Below are positions 1 to 12,966 of a stretch of 64,000 bases of DNA, piece by piece (positions within the stretch are counted from its first letter, which is position 1; every line of letters starts with the position of its first letter). The translations under genes were made by a program, and so were the position numbers. Origin of the DNA: Camelus ferus (taxonomy: Eukaryota); assembly GCF_009834535.1 (NCBI RefSeq), contig NC_045697.1, positions 65,784,001 through 65,848,000 on the forward strand. Direction: 5' to 3'. The notes below the pieces were generated by a model. The model was not told the origin of the DNA and made no database searches. It saw only the letters and a program-made list of their open reading frames with translations.

Positions 1-641
1 ATCTATCTATTATTTATAAACATATATCCATGGAAAGAGACTTCCCCAAATTCCAAAGAACTCAGAGCTTGAATTTTTTTTTTCTTTTCCAATTTTCCTT
101 CAACTATCGATTGCGATCAGTGTCACCACAGATGAGAACTCAGCATCGGGTTTCCAAAGATGGCAGGATTGGCCAGCGCCATCTACAGTGATATCGGGTA
201 CATTCATCAGTGTAAATAATCACCTCCCTCTGCGGTTTTCAGAATTAGATGGCCAGAGTTAAGGCCGATATAAGACAAGACCACAGAGCAAGCAGCAAAG
301 CTTTCAGTAACCATTACTACCATTTGAATTTTACCCTATCCAAATCACTTTTTTTCCTCTCTTCCCAAAGCTATTCTTTCTCTATAAAAGTCCTTTAATC
401 ATGTGACTAGACTTAAGAGTTAAGACCTCCTTAGATTTGCATCAGAGCTCTTCTTCTTTCTGCTGGGAAACTGTGGGCAAGTTACTCAAACTAATCTCAA
501 GACATTAATTTGTAAAACCAGTCTGACAACATTCTCCCTCAGAGGATGGCTGGGAACACATCTGAGAGCACCCAGCTCTGTAACCGGAAGAAACTAAAGT
601 CTTCATGAATCGTTTTGCCCCGTCTTTCCCATTACTCCTGA

Positions 642-666
642 CTCTCTCTCTCTCTCTCTCTCTCTC
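642..666. repeat. (CT)12 microsatellite
   Basis: Read directly from the sequence. Confidence 0.95.
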
Positions 667-2599
667 GTTCCTTAGAACTAGTCATAAGTTTAGGCTCATA
701 TTTCTGATTTGCTCCTCTATCTTATAAGCCATTTTGGTGTGTAAAATTCTTTGCTTCCTACTAAGGTAAGACAAGTTGAACTATAAGCACAACAAGATTG
801 TCAGTGGTGAGTTGTTGGTTTTCCTTAATCAAATAAAATGTTTTAAAATTTGATAATACACATAAGAACCCTACCATAAAAATCCCACAGCCTTTCCCAC
901 ATAAAGTTAAAGTTGAAATCAGAGAACATTATTTCCTTTTTGAACTGGTTCACCAAGTTTCTGCAGAGGATTGAACTTGAAGAATCCCGTCACTGACAGC
1001 CCAGGCAACAGACTGTGTGGTCTGATCTTATTTATCTTGGTGGTGGGAGTGTATCAGGCCAGTAAGAAAACACAAATTCTAACAATAAAGATGTCAGGAT
1101 GTTCTACAAGAAAAGTTTCGTTTAAATCTTTTTTTAAGGCAAACTTCAGAGAAAGTTCGACAGAAAACATTGCAAACCATTCATTTTTGCCCTGACAAAG
1201 AAACTTTCATCCTTTGGAAGGTAGCAGAATAAATTTAAAGCTTTTAATAAAAATATTTTGTGTGGCTACAAAAGCAACACCAAACATAAATAAATAAATC
1301 TCTGCCACCAATTCATTTTGAAGCACAGTCAGCCGAGTACAATGAGGCTGCAATCTGCAGGGATGCGTATAACTTTTGGAAATACCAGTAAAGTCAGAGT
1401 TCCTGAAATACTCCTGCCTGTCATCTTGAGACTGAGACTCATCACCAAGTTGCAAGCCAGCATTCTCAAATCAGAATCCAGGGCTGCTGGCTCAGGGAGA
1501 GGCAAACCCTGAATGATGAGTTTGGAAGGAAAAATAAGAGCAAAGGAAAAAAAATGTTCTTTCACTAAGCAAACTGAATCAGTGTACAAAGTCACTGTTT
1601 CTCTGCGTATCCATTTGACCACACAGAGGGATCACTGTGTTCATCCAGTGTTTCCTGGTAGTCTTGAGCCTGAGTTAATCAAACAGAATTTTTGCCTTTC
1701 TGTCATTACTGCAATCTCCAGTACTTTAGACAACCTGAAGAAAGTGATATGTATGCAACCAACAATTCACTTTCCACATGTACCTTTTCTTTTCATTCAG
1801 TGGCCAAATCTTCTGTTGGAAGAAGACGTAAAATCATCAACAATTTATTTAAGTTCTTTTATTTCCTACATATGGAGTCCTATCTAGGACTCCATAGTAT
1901 ATAGAAAAACTGATATTGCTTCTTTGTGAAATGTACTTTTCCCTGCATTAATCAATGTAACTCAATTTTTCTATTAAAAACAATGGAATGGTTCCCAGCT
2001 CAAATTAGGATTTAAAATATAAAAGGCATTAAATGATAGGTTCTCATAGAAAACCTTAGCACATTCTCTTCAGAGCAGAGTTGGCATTGCCTAGAAAATA
2101 ATGTTTTCTTCTATACTAACTCATTTGGTAAAAACAAGGTCAGAATGAGCCAACCCACTTGACCCATTGACTTAGGTGAAAACCTAAAATAAATATTAAG
2201 AAACAGTAACATTTCCCTTTTCTTTCCTTTCTGTTGTCATTCATGATGACATCCAGTGACATGTGCCCACATTCTGTGTACCTTGCATGGAGAGTACTAA
2301 CTCCACAGAGAATGGGGGGAAGAAAGAGTAGGGAAAAATCATTTTGTAATTCAGTATAATCTGAGTGCTGAGATCATATTCCTCTTCAAAAAAAAAAAAA
2401 GATGAAAAGCATTGATTGTCTAGGGAAAAACTACTTGTTAAGCACTTAGTTATATAGTAGTTACAAAAATTACCTTTTAAGAGGTTCCTGAGTTCCAGTT
2501 TTGGCCAAAATTACATGACAGTGATTAGCACATAGTTAATACTCAATAAATAATGAATGAATCAGTGAACATGACCCAATAGAAACGTTGCTTATTCTC

Positions 2600-2835
2600 C
2601 AAGACCTAATACAGCACACACTCTGGTGCTCAGCGCTGCCCTAAGCATCCTATAAATGTTCACTCATATATTCCTTGTAAAACACCAGGGGGTGCATTCT
2701 GTTATCTTCATCTTACAAGTGAGGAAGTCAGAGCAAAGAGAAGTTGTTTGTCCAAAGTCACATAGTTGACAGTACTGGGGCCAGACTTTTGAATTCTGGT
2801 TCCTGAGTCAATGCCTTAATCCCCATTAACCATGC
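2600..2835 (-). mobile_element. MIR SINE
   Basis: CATCTTACAAGTGAGGAAGTCAGAGC...TGTCCAAAGTCACATAG is the MIR core in antisense. Confidence 0.7.
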
Positions 2836-3249
2836 TGTGTGATGTTTTGTAGGAGTTAGTCTTGCTCTGATTGCAACCTGACTCACTTTTTTAGGCTCCT
2901 GAAAGTTATCTTGGTAATCATCCAAAATCTGAAATAGTCTAATGGGGCTTCTAAAACAACAGTGGACTTCTATCTCCCTCTTCACCTGATCCTCTCTAAT
3001 AATGGAAAGGATATTAGAATTCTTTTTAGTAGTTTAAGATATTTATACCAAGTCTAAGAGAAATAAAAACCTGAAGGGAAGGCATAGCTCTAATTTTTAG
3101 ATTGTGTTTATGGTAAACCTGTAGGTTGGGTCCTTATTATTACCAAGATTTTCTCAAAAAATATATTAACGAGCCCAAAATGACACTGGATGAATTTGAT
3201 TTAAGAAACTTAAAAGGGCCACCAGATCATCATCACTGAGTTGATGGAT

Positions 3250-3435
3250 TGAGCTTTGGAGTCAGACAGATTTGGGTTTGTATCCTTGCCCTGCTTTTTC
3301 CATCTTGTGTGGCTTTAGGCACGTTCTTAATCTCTCAGCACCTAATGATCCTTAGCCATAAAATGGAGATAATAATGCAATTTCTTAGGGTCATTTGGAG
3401 AATTTTATACATGGGGTCATAGTAAAGGCTCAAAA
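3250..3435 (+). mobile_element. MIR SINE
   Basis: GCTTTGGAGTCAGACAGATTTGGGTTTG...TGTGTGGCTTTAGGCA...CTTAATCTCTC...ATAAAATGGAGATAATAAT. Confidence 0.75.
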
Positions 3436-4134
3436 CGTATTATTTCCTCTCCCTTTATAGTGGTGCTATTATGACTATAATTAGTTTCCAAGTAAAATGA
3501 GGGCTTCATGACAAGTTATCTCTGCAAACTTCTGCAAAGAATTTTTTTCAGATACCAAAGATTTTTCAAGAAGTGACTTTCAATGACCTTCAATATAGAT
3601 ATATATGCTCTCTCTAGATTAGACAGATAGAGGAGACAGAATGGATTGCCATGATTCTACTGCATTCTGCATCTTAAATCTTCACCACTAGATTGAATTA
3701 GACAAAAATACAAATAGCATTATCACCAGGTCACATTTAAAACGTTTGAATTTCCATTAGCATGCTAAACAATTAAACATTTGAGTTTATTTAGTTTAGG
3801 TAATAGTAAGTTTCAGTCTGCAAAGACACTTTTATTAATGTTTCCCCCCATTGACCCTTGTTTTGAAAGATTTCATCTCTCACGAAAACTGAATTTTTCC
3901 AGTAATAATTTAGTTTTTCATTTTCATTTATTGAAATCGTATATACATATATAGTCAAGTTTCTTACCAGCATGAAATCAGTAATGTTGCCATACTTAGT
4001 TGATACAGTTCCAGCAAAAAGCAAAGAAACTGGACATATTCGCCCTTCTTTATGGTCTTCTTGCAGGTTATTGCTGTAGACTGTCTTAATTTTTATCAGT
4101 ATTCAGTTTATAACCCTAATGAAAGATTATATGT

Positions 4135-4230
4135 TCCAGTCCTGTTAAACTCAGGTGTGGCCATGTGACTTGCTTTGGCCAAAAATATGAACAGACGGGA
4201 GTGCATCACTTCCAGATGGAGGCTTTAAGA
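4135..4230 (+). mobile_element. MaLR (MLT1-type) LTR fragment
   Basis: GGCCATGTGACTTGCTTTGGCCAA...TCACTTCCAGATGGAGGCTTTAAGAG. Confidence 0.55.
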
Positions 4231-5170
4231 GATGGGCCTTGGGCTGAAACCTGAAGACTTAGTAGATGTTGGGCAGCAGGGAGTGGAGGGAACTTATCCC
4301 AACAGAAGACACAGCACATGATAAGCCTTTCGGAAGAGGCTGTAATATTCCAACCTTTAGGTCGGTGTGAGTAGAATGTTAGACTGAGAGTTGGAGAGTG
4401 ATGACGGATGAGGCTGCAGTGGTAGGAAGGGAGGTCAGATCGCCCAAGCTTGCTGGTCACATCAAGGATTTTATGCTTTATACCAAGTGCAGTGTGAAGC
4501 CATGAAAGGGCTATCAGCCTGGAAATGACATGGTATGATCTGGATTTGGAAAAAGCTCTCAGGATTTTGTGTGCAGAGCAAATTGGAGAGGAAGATAATG
4601 GAAACTTTTAGACCAGATGAAAAGCTAATGTGATAATCCAGGCAGCAATTGCTAGTGGCTTGGCCCAGAGCAATGGCTATGGAAATGCAAGAAGTGGATG
4701 GATCTTAAACACATATAGGGGCGGGTTTAATAGATGCTGAATAGATTCTTGCATAATAGACTAATGACAGATAGAACGTGGACATGGAAGGAAAGGAGCA
4801 AAGGATGGCTCTGGGGTTCCCAGTTGAGTGAGTGTGTGGAAGAGACTGCATTTGTGCGGAAAGGAATGACTGGCAGATGTGCTCAGTAGGAAAAGAAAAT
4901 CAAATATATGTAGTCTTAGGCCATATTGTGGAGAGCCCCGTGCGCACTTGCTGCTTAGAGAAGCAGTCTGGACAGGTGATAGAAAGACTGCGTCTATCAA
5001 CACGAAAATGGTACTTAAAGCTATGAAAAGGAATAGGCTCGTTTAGAAAGAAAGAAGGGGGAGAGAACAGAAAAGCACAGGTCTGAGTAACTCTTTAACA
5101 TTTGATCAGAGAGAGGAAGAGAAATGTGATAGGAAGACTGAAAACAAGAGAAAGTTTTACTAAGGATGGA
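4230..5170 (-). mobile_element. LINE-2 fragment
   Basis: Purine-rich antisense L2 pattern (GATGAGGCTG...GGTCAGATC...AAGGATTTT...AAGCCATGAAAGG...ATGATCTGGATTTGGAAAA...ATAATCCAGGC...AAGTGGATGGAT). Confidence 0.7.
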
Positions 5171-7102
5171 GTAGTTGCTTCCCACGGAACAGCACTTAAT
5201 GAGTCTTCAGCTCTGAGGCTACGGGATGGATTTATTCTCCTAGAACAACCATCACAGGTTCTGAGCAGGGGCGGTGGAGGAGCTGGAGGCCGGCCCCAGG
5301 GTTTGGTGGAGAGGCAGGGTCTCAGTAGGGCTTGGAGAAACTTCAGCTACTTCGCAGTTTTTATTTAAGACCAAGACATTTCTTTTTTACCCATGAAGCT
5401 TCCTCTGGAGAAAAGACATTAACTGTCACTCTGTATGTTTCATTTAACACACAAGTATGCTTCGACTCTGTTTGTCTCTTTCTAGAAGCTACACCAGCAG
5501 TTTGGGTCACTACCACAAAGTAGGCACAGTTTCTTCAGCTGTAGCCTCATGGTCCAAAAAGCAATCTCTGTGTAGAAACCTTTTTTCCTCCTGCTGCCGC
5601 ATAGAGCCATCTGCTTTCACCCTCCTCAAACTGCAGGTGCTAATAGTTACAGATCAGTCTATAAAAATCACTAAAGAGGGAAATAAAACTTAAGATTATC
5701 CCATTTTTCTGAGCTAACAAATTAGACATGTTTTTTCCAGTCTGGTCACTTACCTCTCCCCGACTTGGTACAGAACACATACTTTGAAAGACTCCTAATC
5801 TGGAGGAAAAGTGGTCACTATTCCCCAAAACAATGCCACCTCTCCTACCCCACCCAGCCAAGGGGGCAGCACCTAGGAACAAACGTATTTCAGGAAATTC
5901 ACCTCCTAGGAAATATGTTGGTGATTGCCTCCAATCCTGGCCTATTTGATGCTGCATGAGCACCTCTGATTTTCCCTCGGCTGTGTTGATATTTCTCTGC
6001 CCTAGTCTATCGTGGCCCCCTTGCCCTAGCCAGGACCCTCACAGAGTATAGGTCATAATGCCTAAGAAATTCCAAGAGCTTAACAAATGTTAGTTCCCCC
6101 CTCCTCTGCCTGGCTGCAGACCTAGATCTCAGCTTCTAGTTGACCTGATTACTTTCTTAACTCTGAGCCATTATAAATGCTAGTAATAAGGACCATTCTC
6201 ACATTCACTATTACATGTAATAGTCACAATAACTATAAAAGTCTCCTTCATAAAAATGTCATTCTACCCTTTGTGTAGGTAGAAATTTCTTGAAAGGTAG
6301 GTTTTAAGTTACTCTTGATTGAGCCTTTGTTGATTGAAATACTTCAGAGCTCAGACAGCAGCCCCACCTTCCAATAAACCAGGCAGAACCTCGGGGAGCT
6401 GTTGGGAACTGACCTCTCTACCGTCTACCTTCTGGTTAGACCTAGTTCTCTAATCCATGTAGAGCAGCTGTCTCCGTTGCCCACTTCAGTTGTCCCAATC
6501 ACTTATCTTTAAGAAAAAGACTTTCAAAGATGTTTTTCAGGGCCAATCTGGCTATAGTCTTGGCTCAGATCTTTTGAGACAAAGTATAGAGACATAGATG
6601 TTTATTACTTATGTTATTATCAGACAACTGGTTGTCTCGTTGTCTACAGAACTATAAGACATAAGCCAAAACAATGCCTGAATTTTCTTCTTAAAATCTG
6701 AAATCACATTTCCCACAGTTATCACACATATATTTCTAATAGGAAAGAATGATGCAGTGATAATCCATTTTACTATGTAGTATAATAGAAGGGAGCAGGG
6801 GGAGAAAATTTAAATTCTAAGGACCTGAATTCCGGTCTTAGTTCTGTCAATTTTTGTTGAGTGATCTGAAGTTTTCGGAGCCTCAGGTCAGGCCATTTTT
6901 TCCTTCTGTTCTACTTACCTGAAAAGAGTGGCTAAAAACTGAAATGAGATAATACATTTGAAAGCACTGAAAATTATTCCTGATATATTACTGATCATTT
7001 AGTGATTATATCATTTCAACAAACTGCTTCTATATATTCAGACTTAGTAAGTCCCATCTCAACCATTTTAACACCATTCAAAAGGAAGAGAATGATCTCG
7101 AT

Positions 7103-7240
7103 CAGTGATTCTCACACCTGGCTGAGCTCACCTGGAAAACTTTAAAGTACATAGAGGTTCTCAGGCTCTACTTACCAAGGTTTAATTCAGTGGATATAGA
7201 TACAGGCCCAGAAGACTATATTTTTTAAGTTTCTCAAGTA
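7103..7240. mobile_element. MER5-like hAT element, apparently continuing at about 7780-7820 beyond the L1 fragment
   Basis: CAGTGATTCTCA terminus and ...AATTCAGTGG...GGCCCAGAAG...ATTTTTTAAG; CCCCAAGTGATTCTGATG appears at about 7782. Confidence 0.55.
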
Positions 7241-7264
7241 AGTTGCTACAGCTTTTTTGGAAGA

Positions 7265-7765
7265 AGTTAGCAATGGGTATTAACATTTTACCCTGAGACC
7301 TGGTAATTTTACTTCTAGAAATTTATCCTACCAATATACTTGAACAAGGGTGGAAGGATATGCTTAACAGGGTTTTTACTGCAGCTTTGTTTATGGACTT
7401 AAAAAGTCCATTTGGATGTCCATCAGTGAGAGACTATTTAAATAAATCATGGCAGTCCACACCATTGAATGAAATGCTGACACTGACAGATGTCCAAGGC
7501 ATACATTAATCTTAAATTTTAAAAAGCAAATCATACAACAGTTTTATGATATGATCTTCTTAGTGAAATATAACAGATGCTTACAGTGTGTACAAATTAA
7601 TGTATAGGTGTATAAAAGATGCATGTTGAACTGTTAATAGTGGTCAAAACTGAGAAATAGTTTTGGGAAAGAAAGCAAAGGAAATGCGGGACTTTTACTT
7701 TTTAATTTATAAATTTCTTTTTATAGTTTTTTTTTCTTATAGCATTAAAGTATTTCATTGGGGGA
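7265..7765 (+). mobile_element. Old L1M-type LINE-1 3' fragment
   Basis: TTCTAGAAATTTATCCTA...GCAGCTTTGTTT...ATGTCCATCAGT...AAATAAATCATGG match the old L1 ORF2-end/3'UTR pattern. Confidence 0.7.
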
Positions 7766-9426
7766 GAAAAAAACCAACAATCCCCAAGTGATTCTGATGA
7801 GTCACATTTAAAAGACAACAGATTAAGAAGCATGTTAATGTCCTCTTATCTGGCCTCCTTTATTACTACTCTTATAATTTTTTTTAATTATGAAATGATT
7901 CATGATGCTCTGTATTTTATCACTTTCGGTTTCGTCACTCAGCCCTTCCTGAATCTCCCTCATATATATCCCAATATGAATCTGCTCATTCATCTAGTTT
8001 ATGAATATAATATACTGAGTGCTTGTGCCCAGTAAATGCCAAGTGCTATTAAGGCATTAGCAACAAACAAGACTACAAGTCCTGCCCTCACAGACTGAGC
8101 ATCGTAATTTCTCCGAGCCTCAGTCCCTTCATCTGTAAAATGGATATATTATTTTGAATATATTATATTTTCTCATAGGGTTTTTCTGGGGATGGAAATA
8201 AATAATGTGTGTAAAACAGCATAAAGTCTAACATCATAGAAGTGATGAGTAATTCTAAGCTATAGTAATTTTCGCTTTTATCATCATCTTTTTTTCATGA
8301 CTAACTGCTTGATTCAGTGTGAATTTTCTGGGAAAACGAAACTACAAAAACTAAATTTCATATTTAGAATGTTATTGTTGATGTAAACAATTTGAAGCAC
8401 ATCTGCTTTACTAAATCACAGCAGATTTTAGAAGGCTTAGAGAAAAATAGAGTAGAAGTCAATTCAATGAGGTGAAATGTTGCCTCTGAGTCGTTTAATA
8501 CACTTACACTCCTCAGCCACAGAACTCTGATTTCCTAGTTTTAACAGAGCAGATCACACAGCAGAGGCGGTGCACATGTGTAACAATAGACGACATTTTG
8601 CTCATGCCAGTGAGGATGAGAATCTCATTTGGAGATAAGATTACCAGAGAGCAGTGGGTGACCCCTTAATCCTAACAGCGGATACTCCCATTAGTGGGAA
8701 CCATAATTTCTGAAGCTTGGGAAATGAACTTCTCTTTCCATTTGCACTTGATCTTAAAAATTACAAAACATGGGCTAAGCCAGTTTGAGCTTCTCCTTTT
8801 GTATTGACTCAAAAGCTAAATACGGTGTCAGATTCAACTATCCAATTAAATGTATTGTTTTGAAATGAAAACAATCACACTTTCAATTTTAGTGAAGATG
8901 ACAATTGCAGTTGCTTTAGCTATATACATTTGGTTTTGGTTTTCCTTTTTTTCTTCTCGTTATTGTTGTTATTGTTGGCAGAGTTAACTTTTCTTTCAGC
9001 AGTGGGGAAAAAAAGACATTAAACAGTGGTTATTAGTGGACTTTCTAGCATGGTCCCCAGTTAGGTTAGTCCCTCCCAGCGCTTGCAGCAAGGGCTTGGT
9101 TGTCTGATTCTATTAACTCTAAAAAGAAACCCCAGTAGAACTACTTTGAGAGTGTAATAATGAACAACAAGTGATTTTGTGCCAAAGGATCAGAAAATTC
9201 TCCGTATAAATATATAGGTCTTTGGTATACTCTAAAAACTAAGTTTTAAATCGAGAAAGAATAAAGGGCAAGCAATATCCTCAAGTTCATAAATTGTAAA
9301 AATTATTTTGTGGTGGAAAGAGGGAGTTACTAAGTATTCACTTAACAAATATGTACTGCGTAACAAAATGCCTAGTGCTTCCACTAGGAAATAGCTACAA
9401 AAGTAAATTCAGTGCAACTTGGGCTG

Positions 9427-9954
9427 TGAAATGGTCCTCCCTGGTACAAAGCCTTTCTGGGTCCCCTGTTTCTTGTTTGTAGGAAATAACCTTCATTCAG
9501 CCTCCTTGACATTCCCCGGGCTCCAAAGGACAGATTCAAACAGTTGCGTGTCAGGGAAAGGAGGGGATGCAGAAACAAAGGAGCAGTTAAGAAACAATAG
9601 TGCAGCCTTGAGGCAGGGCTCTGGTTTCTCCTCAAGGAACGTGTATAATAACACCTTGAGTTCTGCAGGAAATAAGGCCCCACTTCAGGCTGAGCACAAG
9701 ATTCCTGGAGCACTGCCCTGGTACCTCGCCACCACCCAGTCAGAAGAAAGTCACACACCCTGCAGCCCTCCCCCCAAATTTTGCCTATAAAAACTGCTCC
9801 CTGAAAACCATCAGAGAGTTCAGGTTTTTTAGGCACTGAGTCACTCGTTCTCTTTGCTTGGCCCTGCAATACACCTTTTTCTGCTCCAAACTCCAGCGTC
9901 TCGGTTGGTTTGGTCTCTCTGTGCATCGGGCACACCAGCCTGCATTCGGTACCA
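9427..9954 (+). mobile_element. Solo ERV LTR, class I (ERV1)-like, 528 bp
   Basis: TG...CA termini and a 4-bp target-site duplication GCTG (9423-9426 and 9955-9958). It has TATAAAA at 9786-9792 and AATACA at 9868-9873 in the poly(A)-signal position. Confidence 0.9.
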
Positions 9955-10305
9955 GCTGCTCTTAAACAGCAGTGCGCTTGCAGTCACAGTCCCATAAGGC
10001 TGCTGCATAAGAATACTTCATTCCATGACTTACATATGGGACCCTAGCTGGGTTATTCTGGAGACTTGGGTAAATACTAGCCACAAGGCAGGATAGTCAA
10101 CTGTCCTAACATGTACAGGCCTATATATATGTATTTTTTTTTCCTATAAATTCTTGAACTTCAGGTTTCAGATTTGGATTGCGATCTTTCTCAGGAACAG
10201 TTGTTTCGAGGCATGTTTTCACTGCCGGATTTAGTCTCAGCAGGACTACCAAGATGTAAGGAAGTATAAAGAATTGAATGGAAAAGAATCAAAGCATTTT
10301 GGTAG

Positions 10306-10865
10306 TATCAAATCAAGAAATTTTCCTCTGCCCTTCTAGGTTCCTCTGGCTGGTCTAAGAATCAAGTTGACATGAGTCAAATAAACAGAAGAAAATCATA
10401 CAGAAGTTTAATAACATGTATGCATGGGAAAAATCTAGAAAAACTGAGTATCTTGCCAAAGTGGCTGAAACCATCATCTTAAATACCATCTCCAGCTACA
10501 GACAAAAGAGGATGTTGGGGGAAATGGTTTGGGGCTTCAAAGGGGAGGAAGCCAATTCACATGAAGATGGAAAAGCAAATGTTTGGTAAACAAATGTTTG
10601 CTGAGCCTTGCAGAGACACTGGGACACAGAACAGACTCTGATCTCTATGCCCTGCTAAGTTTCCCCCACCACACCTCACTCGTATTCTTTGCAGTTATCC
10701 CTGGTGATAGCTATATTCTGGGAACAGGTCCTGGATCTAAATACTTTTAGGCAGTTAGGGGGAAAGTAAAAGTTTCATCTTGAGACTTTTGTGTCTTGAT
10801 TGTTTTCAGCTCGAAATAGTTCTGCACACTTAACAGACATTTTAAGCAAATTGTGCTCTTCTACA
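10306..10865 (-). mobile_element. Solo LTR, MER34/MER39-like (ERV1)
   Basis: The minus strand starts TGTAGAAGAGC...ATTTCGAGCTGAAAACAATCAAG, resembling the MER34-family 5' end. It has TATTTAAG and ATTAAA (10407-10412 on +) and ends GAGGAAAATTTCTT...ATA. The flanks share TAG(T). Confidence 0.75.
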
Positions 10866-11559
10866 TAGTCATGACAGTTTTATGTTTGATGTGAATGTTA
10901 TTTAAACCAATCAATATGGCATATTACAATATATCATTTTAAACTAAGATATTCCTTTGAGATCTTTTCTGTTACATAGTGAGGCTGTTTCATTTGCTTA
11001 GTCTAGTAATTAAAATGGGCGTTTGGTCTAGCAGTTAATATTCATTGTTATTATTCTGTTTGGTCAACTCTGTTTCTCACTTGAAAATGCGCTAAGAAAT
11101 AAATTCTCTTTAATAGATGCAGGTGTTTGCAAGTGTTGGCAAAAAGTCACAGATTTTTTACAAGGGGGTGGAAGAGGGTATTTTTTACTCTTACCTTGTT
11201 TACATGTATGTGTGTATTATATAAGACAAGCAGCTATCTTTCTCAAACTACATCTAGCAAAAGGTACGTAATCCTTAAAAAAAAAGACCGCCTGTGACAT
11301 GACATCCATTAGGCCTGATCCTAACACTTCCTGAAAGATTGTCCAAAGTCCTGCTACTCCACTGAAGTAAAGTTGGAAGCAGTTGTTTACTTAATTGGAG
11401 GTCAAAAAAAGTCTCTGTCTATAAATAACTTTCTTCTTCTTCCATTCTGCTCTGTTTAGTTTAATTCTGAAAGCAGTTAACTTTTTAAAGAGTTGGAAGA
11501 CTGTTCCAAAACATACATATCTCCTTCTGACCCCTGGAATTTTCTGAGTAAATCAAATA

Positions 11560-11772
11560 CCTTCATTCTAGACTCCACAAATAACCCCCATGTGTAGCTC
11601 TTCTCTCTGCTCTAATAGTATGTCTGTGTGATTATTTAATTAATGCCAATCTCCCCCACCAGATGTGTGCTTGGGGAGGGCAGGAACTCTCTCCTGTCAC
11701 TTGTCATTGTTCCCAGCACCAGCTTAGGGCCTGGTGTCTAGTAGCTGCCCAATAATTGTCTGTTAAATGAAT
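11560..11772 (+). mobile_element. LINE-2 3' end
   Basis: TCTCCCCCACCAGATGT...GAGGGCAGGAAC...CCCAGCACCAGC...GCCTGG...TAGTAG...AATAATTGTCTGTTAAATGAA. Confidence 0.7.
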
Positions 11773-12928
11773 TTTACACCATATAAGGCAATTTGGAAAA
11801 ATTGGGTAATCACCCTTTGACTTAGCTTTACTCATTTTTTTGAAAACCAATCACCTTATATACACAAAAACTGCTATACATATCTGTTTTTCAAGTAGAA
11901 TATTATGTGTAAAATGTTTTAAGTCATTTAGAAAAATTGCACACTAAAAATCATAGTTAATTTTTAAAGATTATCTGATATTTGAAATCACTTATCTCAA
12001 AAGCATTCAAAAAAAGACACTTTATGAAGTCTTACGGTGTCACCATGAGGTAAGTATTGCTTTTTAAGTTGCACAGGAAGTGTTTTCTACTCTAAGAAAA
12101 AGACCATTTGGTTATATTGGGTGTAGATTTCCTTGGGCATATGATGTCTAACAACTTAAAAACTTTCATAAAAGTATAGAAAAATCAGTAAGTATAAAAC
12201 ATATTACAGCCAAAAGCATCACTTTTTACCATCAGGAAAAGATGATCTACAGAATTAATCACAATTTCACCAAAAAAATGACTGAGTTTATTCTGAAGTC
12301 TGAGTTGAGACATCGTCTAGAGATGCTGTTGGGGTCTGTATTTACAGTAAGCCGTCATCTAAGAACTTGGCAAGCCAGGTTCCTACAGAGTATTGTGGGC
12401 ATCCATCCTGAAAACTCCATCAATTATAAGTGTGGTCAACAGTTAATTTCTTTGTGGTTTTTTTTTCCAAGTGTAAATTCCCTTGTGAACAACAACATCA
12501 ATAGAATGTTTTTTACCCAGAAACATTCTGTAAGACTCCACACACCGAAAGGCAGAATAGAGCTCTGGAACAGGGACTCTGCATCATTCAGATGACTCCT
12601 CAGGGAATTTTGAGGCGGCCAGTTGTAATTAGTCGGAACTTGTCTTTGAATAGAAGTCTAGAGCCACTTCTGCCAGGGAGAAAAATGCCTAAAGGCAGTA
12701 AATGATTATAAGAATCGCAACCAAGATTTTGTTTAAAGGCATATACATCAGATAGCAAGCGTACTTCCCTCAAAATGCCCTATGGTTTTTTCATTTCTAT
12801 TATTTGTAACCCCCCCAAAATAACTTTAATGTGTGTCAAATGCTCCGTTCTACTTCTTGCCGGGTCTGACAAGACATGGAGACTGACAGAGAGATAAGGG
12901 GACAGGCGAGGAGGAGCCGGAATTACTT

Positions 12929-12966
12929 TTTTGTTTTGTTTTGTTTTGTTTTGTTTTGTTTTGTTT
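12929..12966. repeat. (TTTTG)n pentanucleotide repeat, about 7 units
   Basis: Read directly from the sequence. Confidence 0.95.

Noticed and set aside
9384..9935. 183-aa minus-strand ORF and overlapping 123-aa plus-strand ORF
   Set aside because: Both lie almost wholly within a solo LTR and have no gag/pol/env or other recognisable motifs.
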